In this document: piece after piece, positions 61,979 to 64,000 of the stretch
Layout: every line of letters starts with the position of its first letter
How positions within the stretch are numbered: position 1 is the stretch's first letter
Assembly (NCBI RefSeq): GCF_964355755.1
Contig: NC_092679.1
Location: 24,535,432-24,599,431 of the forward strand
Origin: Antedon mediterranea
Lineage: Eukaryota; Animalia; Echinodermata
Reading direction: 5' to 3'
DNA length: 64,000 nucleotides
Notes under the pieces: model-generated
Database searches by the model: none
What the model saw: the letters and a program-made list of their open reading frames with translations, nothing else
Told to the model about the DNA's origin: nothing
Made by a program: the position numbers and the translations under genes

Positions 61979-63660
61979 AATGTCACATACGGTAATAGTT
62001 TTTCGATCAAAAACTGGATTAAATGTTTCTTTTGTCTTTTATGAGTGAAATTGTTTTTGGTTTTTTTACAAGTGAATAACATTATTAAAACTGCAAAATA
62101 GTGTGTCTGATTTTATTAATCTTCATTTTTCATGTTTTTTTGGGGACAATACATGTTTTATCAATAATTCTTTATGTGGTGTTGATTCTTGTGACCATTT
62201 ATACTGCACTTGAGATTAAAACAAAGGTTTCTGTTCACCAATCAAGGCATTGGTGTTTACATTGGTGTAGATCAAGGTGTGAGTAATACACAGTCTACAA
62301 GACACACCTGCTTTCTTATTCAATCTATAATATCAATCAGAATGTGGTACTATATAGCTTGTCCCAAGTTACATTGTCTTTTTTATCTGTAGTATTTCCA
62401 TTATTGTCTGAAGACTTGTAAAACACAAAAACTGAAACGAGATTTCTTGAAAACAGATCCCCTACTGTACCTTCATCAATTGAAACATTTTTGTTGGGGT
62501 CTTTGTTTTCAAGATTTCTCGAAAAAAAGATTAGATGGCTGACTCTCTAAAATTTTAAACATAGCTTGGAGAACTTTGCAGTTCAATAAATATGTACAGA
62601 CAGTATTTTTTTTTTTTTTTTGTAAAATGTTATTTTTTTTTTACTTAAATAGTACAATAATTAATTAAATGCAATTTACTAAATTCAATATGAAGGACAG
62701 AATAGTTTAGCATATTTCCAGTTAGGTGTGGATATGTTGCTATGGTAATGGAATTAGTCATTCTCATTACCTTACTTTTAAATTAAAAGAGAAATTTATA
62801 AAATAAATCATGACGTTTTTATTGGTACTGCTGCAAATGTGTTAGTATTTTGAAAAAATAATAAATTAATTTGAGGGAAGTGTTTATTCAAAATGGGATG
62901 TTTATTGGAATAAATACATTAAGTACCTTAGTATTTAAAATAAGGGGTCTTAAATAAGGGGTCGTAAAATCTTCCCACAAAAATAATTTAATACTATTAC
63001 CTAGAGAATAATGAAACCAGTGAAAATATTTTAGATATGTGTGGTAAGTACATATTTGCCTATAAATAGATTATTGTGGTGTAGATTTATTAAGTATCCC
63101 TTGCAGTTTGACGATTCATTGTTGAAATAGTGGACCAAAGAACAATAGTCTTCAGCTTTCTGACTCCAGTCTAAATAAAGCAACTATTATTTCAAGTGTA
63201 GGAAATTATTCACAATTAACAATGAAAAACAATCCTTATTAATAAATCTACTGTTAAACTCATATCGTGTTTATCAATGTAATGGTATTATTATCCTGAA
63301 ATGATATACTATTTGCTATTGTATATATACAAGGTACAATACTATTGTGTTTGGTTTTAAACCAATTATGACTGGAAGGAATAGATTTTAGTTTTAAAGA
63401 TTAATCTTTCAAGATTTTTTAAAACTCAAAAGCAAGGTTAAAAAAAATAAATTAATGAATAATGAATTTAGAAGCTATCACTTTTAAAACAGTGATTTAT
63501 TTCAACTCAAAAAGAAAAAGGAAGAATATTGTACATTTTTTAAAAAGAAAATTGCAAAAACTGATTAAATGGTGTTATAATGCTGAATCAATTTAGTGTA
63601 ACCATTATTTTCAGGCTGCCATTTAACTGGTTACTGTTTCTGAAAGAAGGGGTTAATTTA

Positions 63661-63841
63661 TTTACACAGTTAATAATTATTAATTTTTTCCCACAGTTGA
63701 TAACTCGTAAAGGTTTCGCACAGTTAATAACTGGTCATTTTTTCACACAGTTAATATTAATAACTAGTAATTTTTTTTTGAAACAGTTAACAACTTGTTA
63801 TTTTTTTCAAACAGTTAATAACTTGTTATTTTTTCGAACAG
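63661..63841. repeat. ~27-30-bp tandem repeat (ACAGTTAATAACT..TTTTT)
   Basis: ACAGTT(A/G)A recurs about 6 times. Confidence 0.75.
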
Positions 63842-64000
63842 AGAGGTCGTGTTTATACAACACCCTAAATTTGAACACGGCTTTAATTTTTAGCGTGTTG
63901 TTCGGACCGAGGTCAACCCACCTTAACGTTTGCTGTTATACTAGAAATCACGATACCATGTTGTACCGGAAGTTTCATCAACACGCAGTGCATGCTAGGA

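Overview
AT-rich animal genomic DNA with spliceosomal introns, most likely an invertebrate deuterostome such as an echinoderm (inferred from gene content and repeat style, not proven). Five host genes can be reconstructed by hand. (1) A 14-coding-exon MIDEAS/TRERF1/ZNF541-family ELM2-SANT zinc-finger corepressor (- strand, 330-18238, ~1677 aa). (2) An intronless three-Ig-domain type I membrane receptor (-, 25956-27320). (3) PHYH phytanoyl-CoA dioxygenase (+, 32727-45937, 330 aa), whose first intron is U12-type. (4) A CIMIP6/C2orf73-like ciliary gene (-, 47808-56701). (5) The first coding exon of CCDC85 (+, 59954-61415). CIMIP6 intron 1 holds a full-length Gmr1-like Gypsy LTR retrotransposon (integrase before RT, apparently identical 443-bp LTRs, CTAT TSD, tRNA-Pro PBS, one in-frame stop), nested inside a TGT..ACA foldback element. 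Other notable items: a 4.3-kb Sola-like TIR element, a two-copy module with back-to-back tRNA-like Pol III heads, TAGGCCTA tracts in the first intron of every multi-exon gene, a dense uORF cluster, and candidate microexons inside a split zinc finger. No clearly new biological system could be proven from sequence alone. All gene models and repeat comparisons were done by eye.
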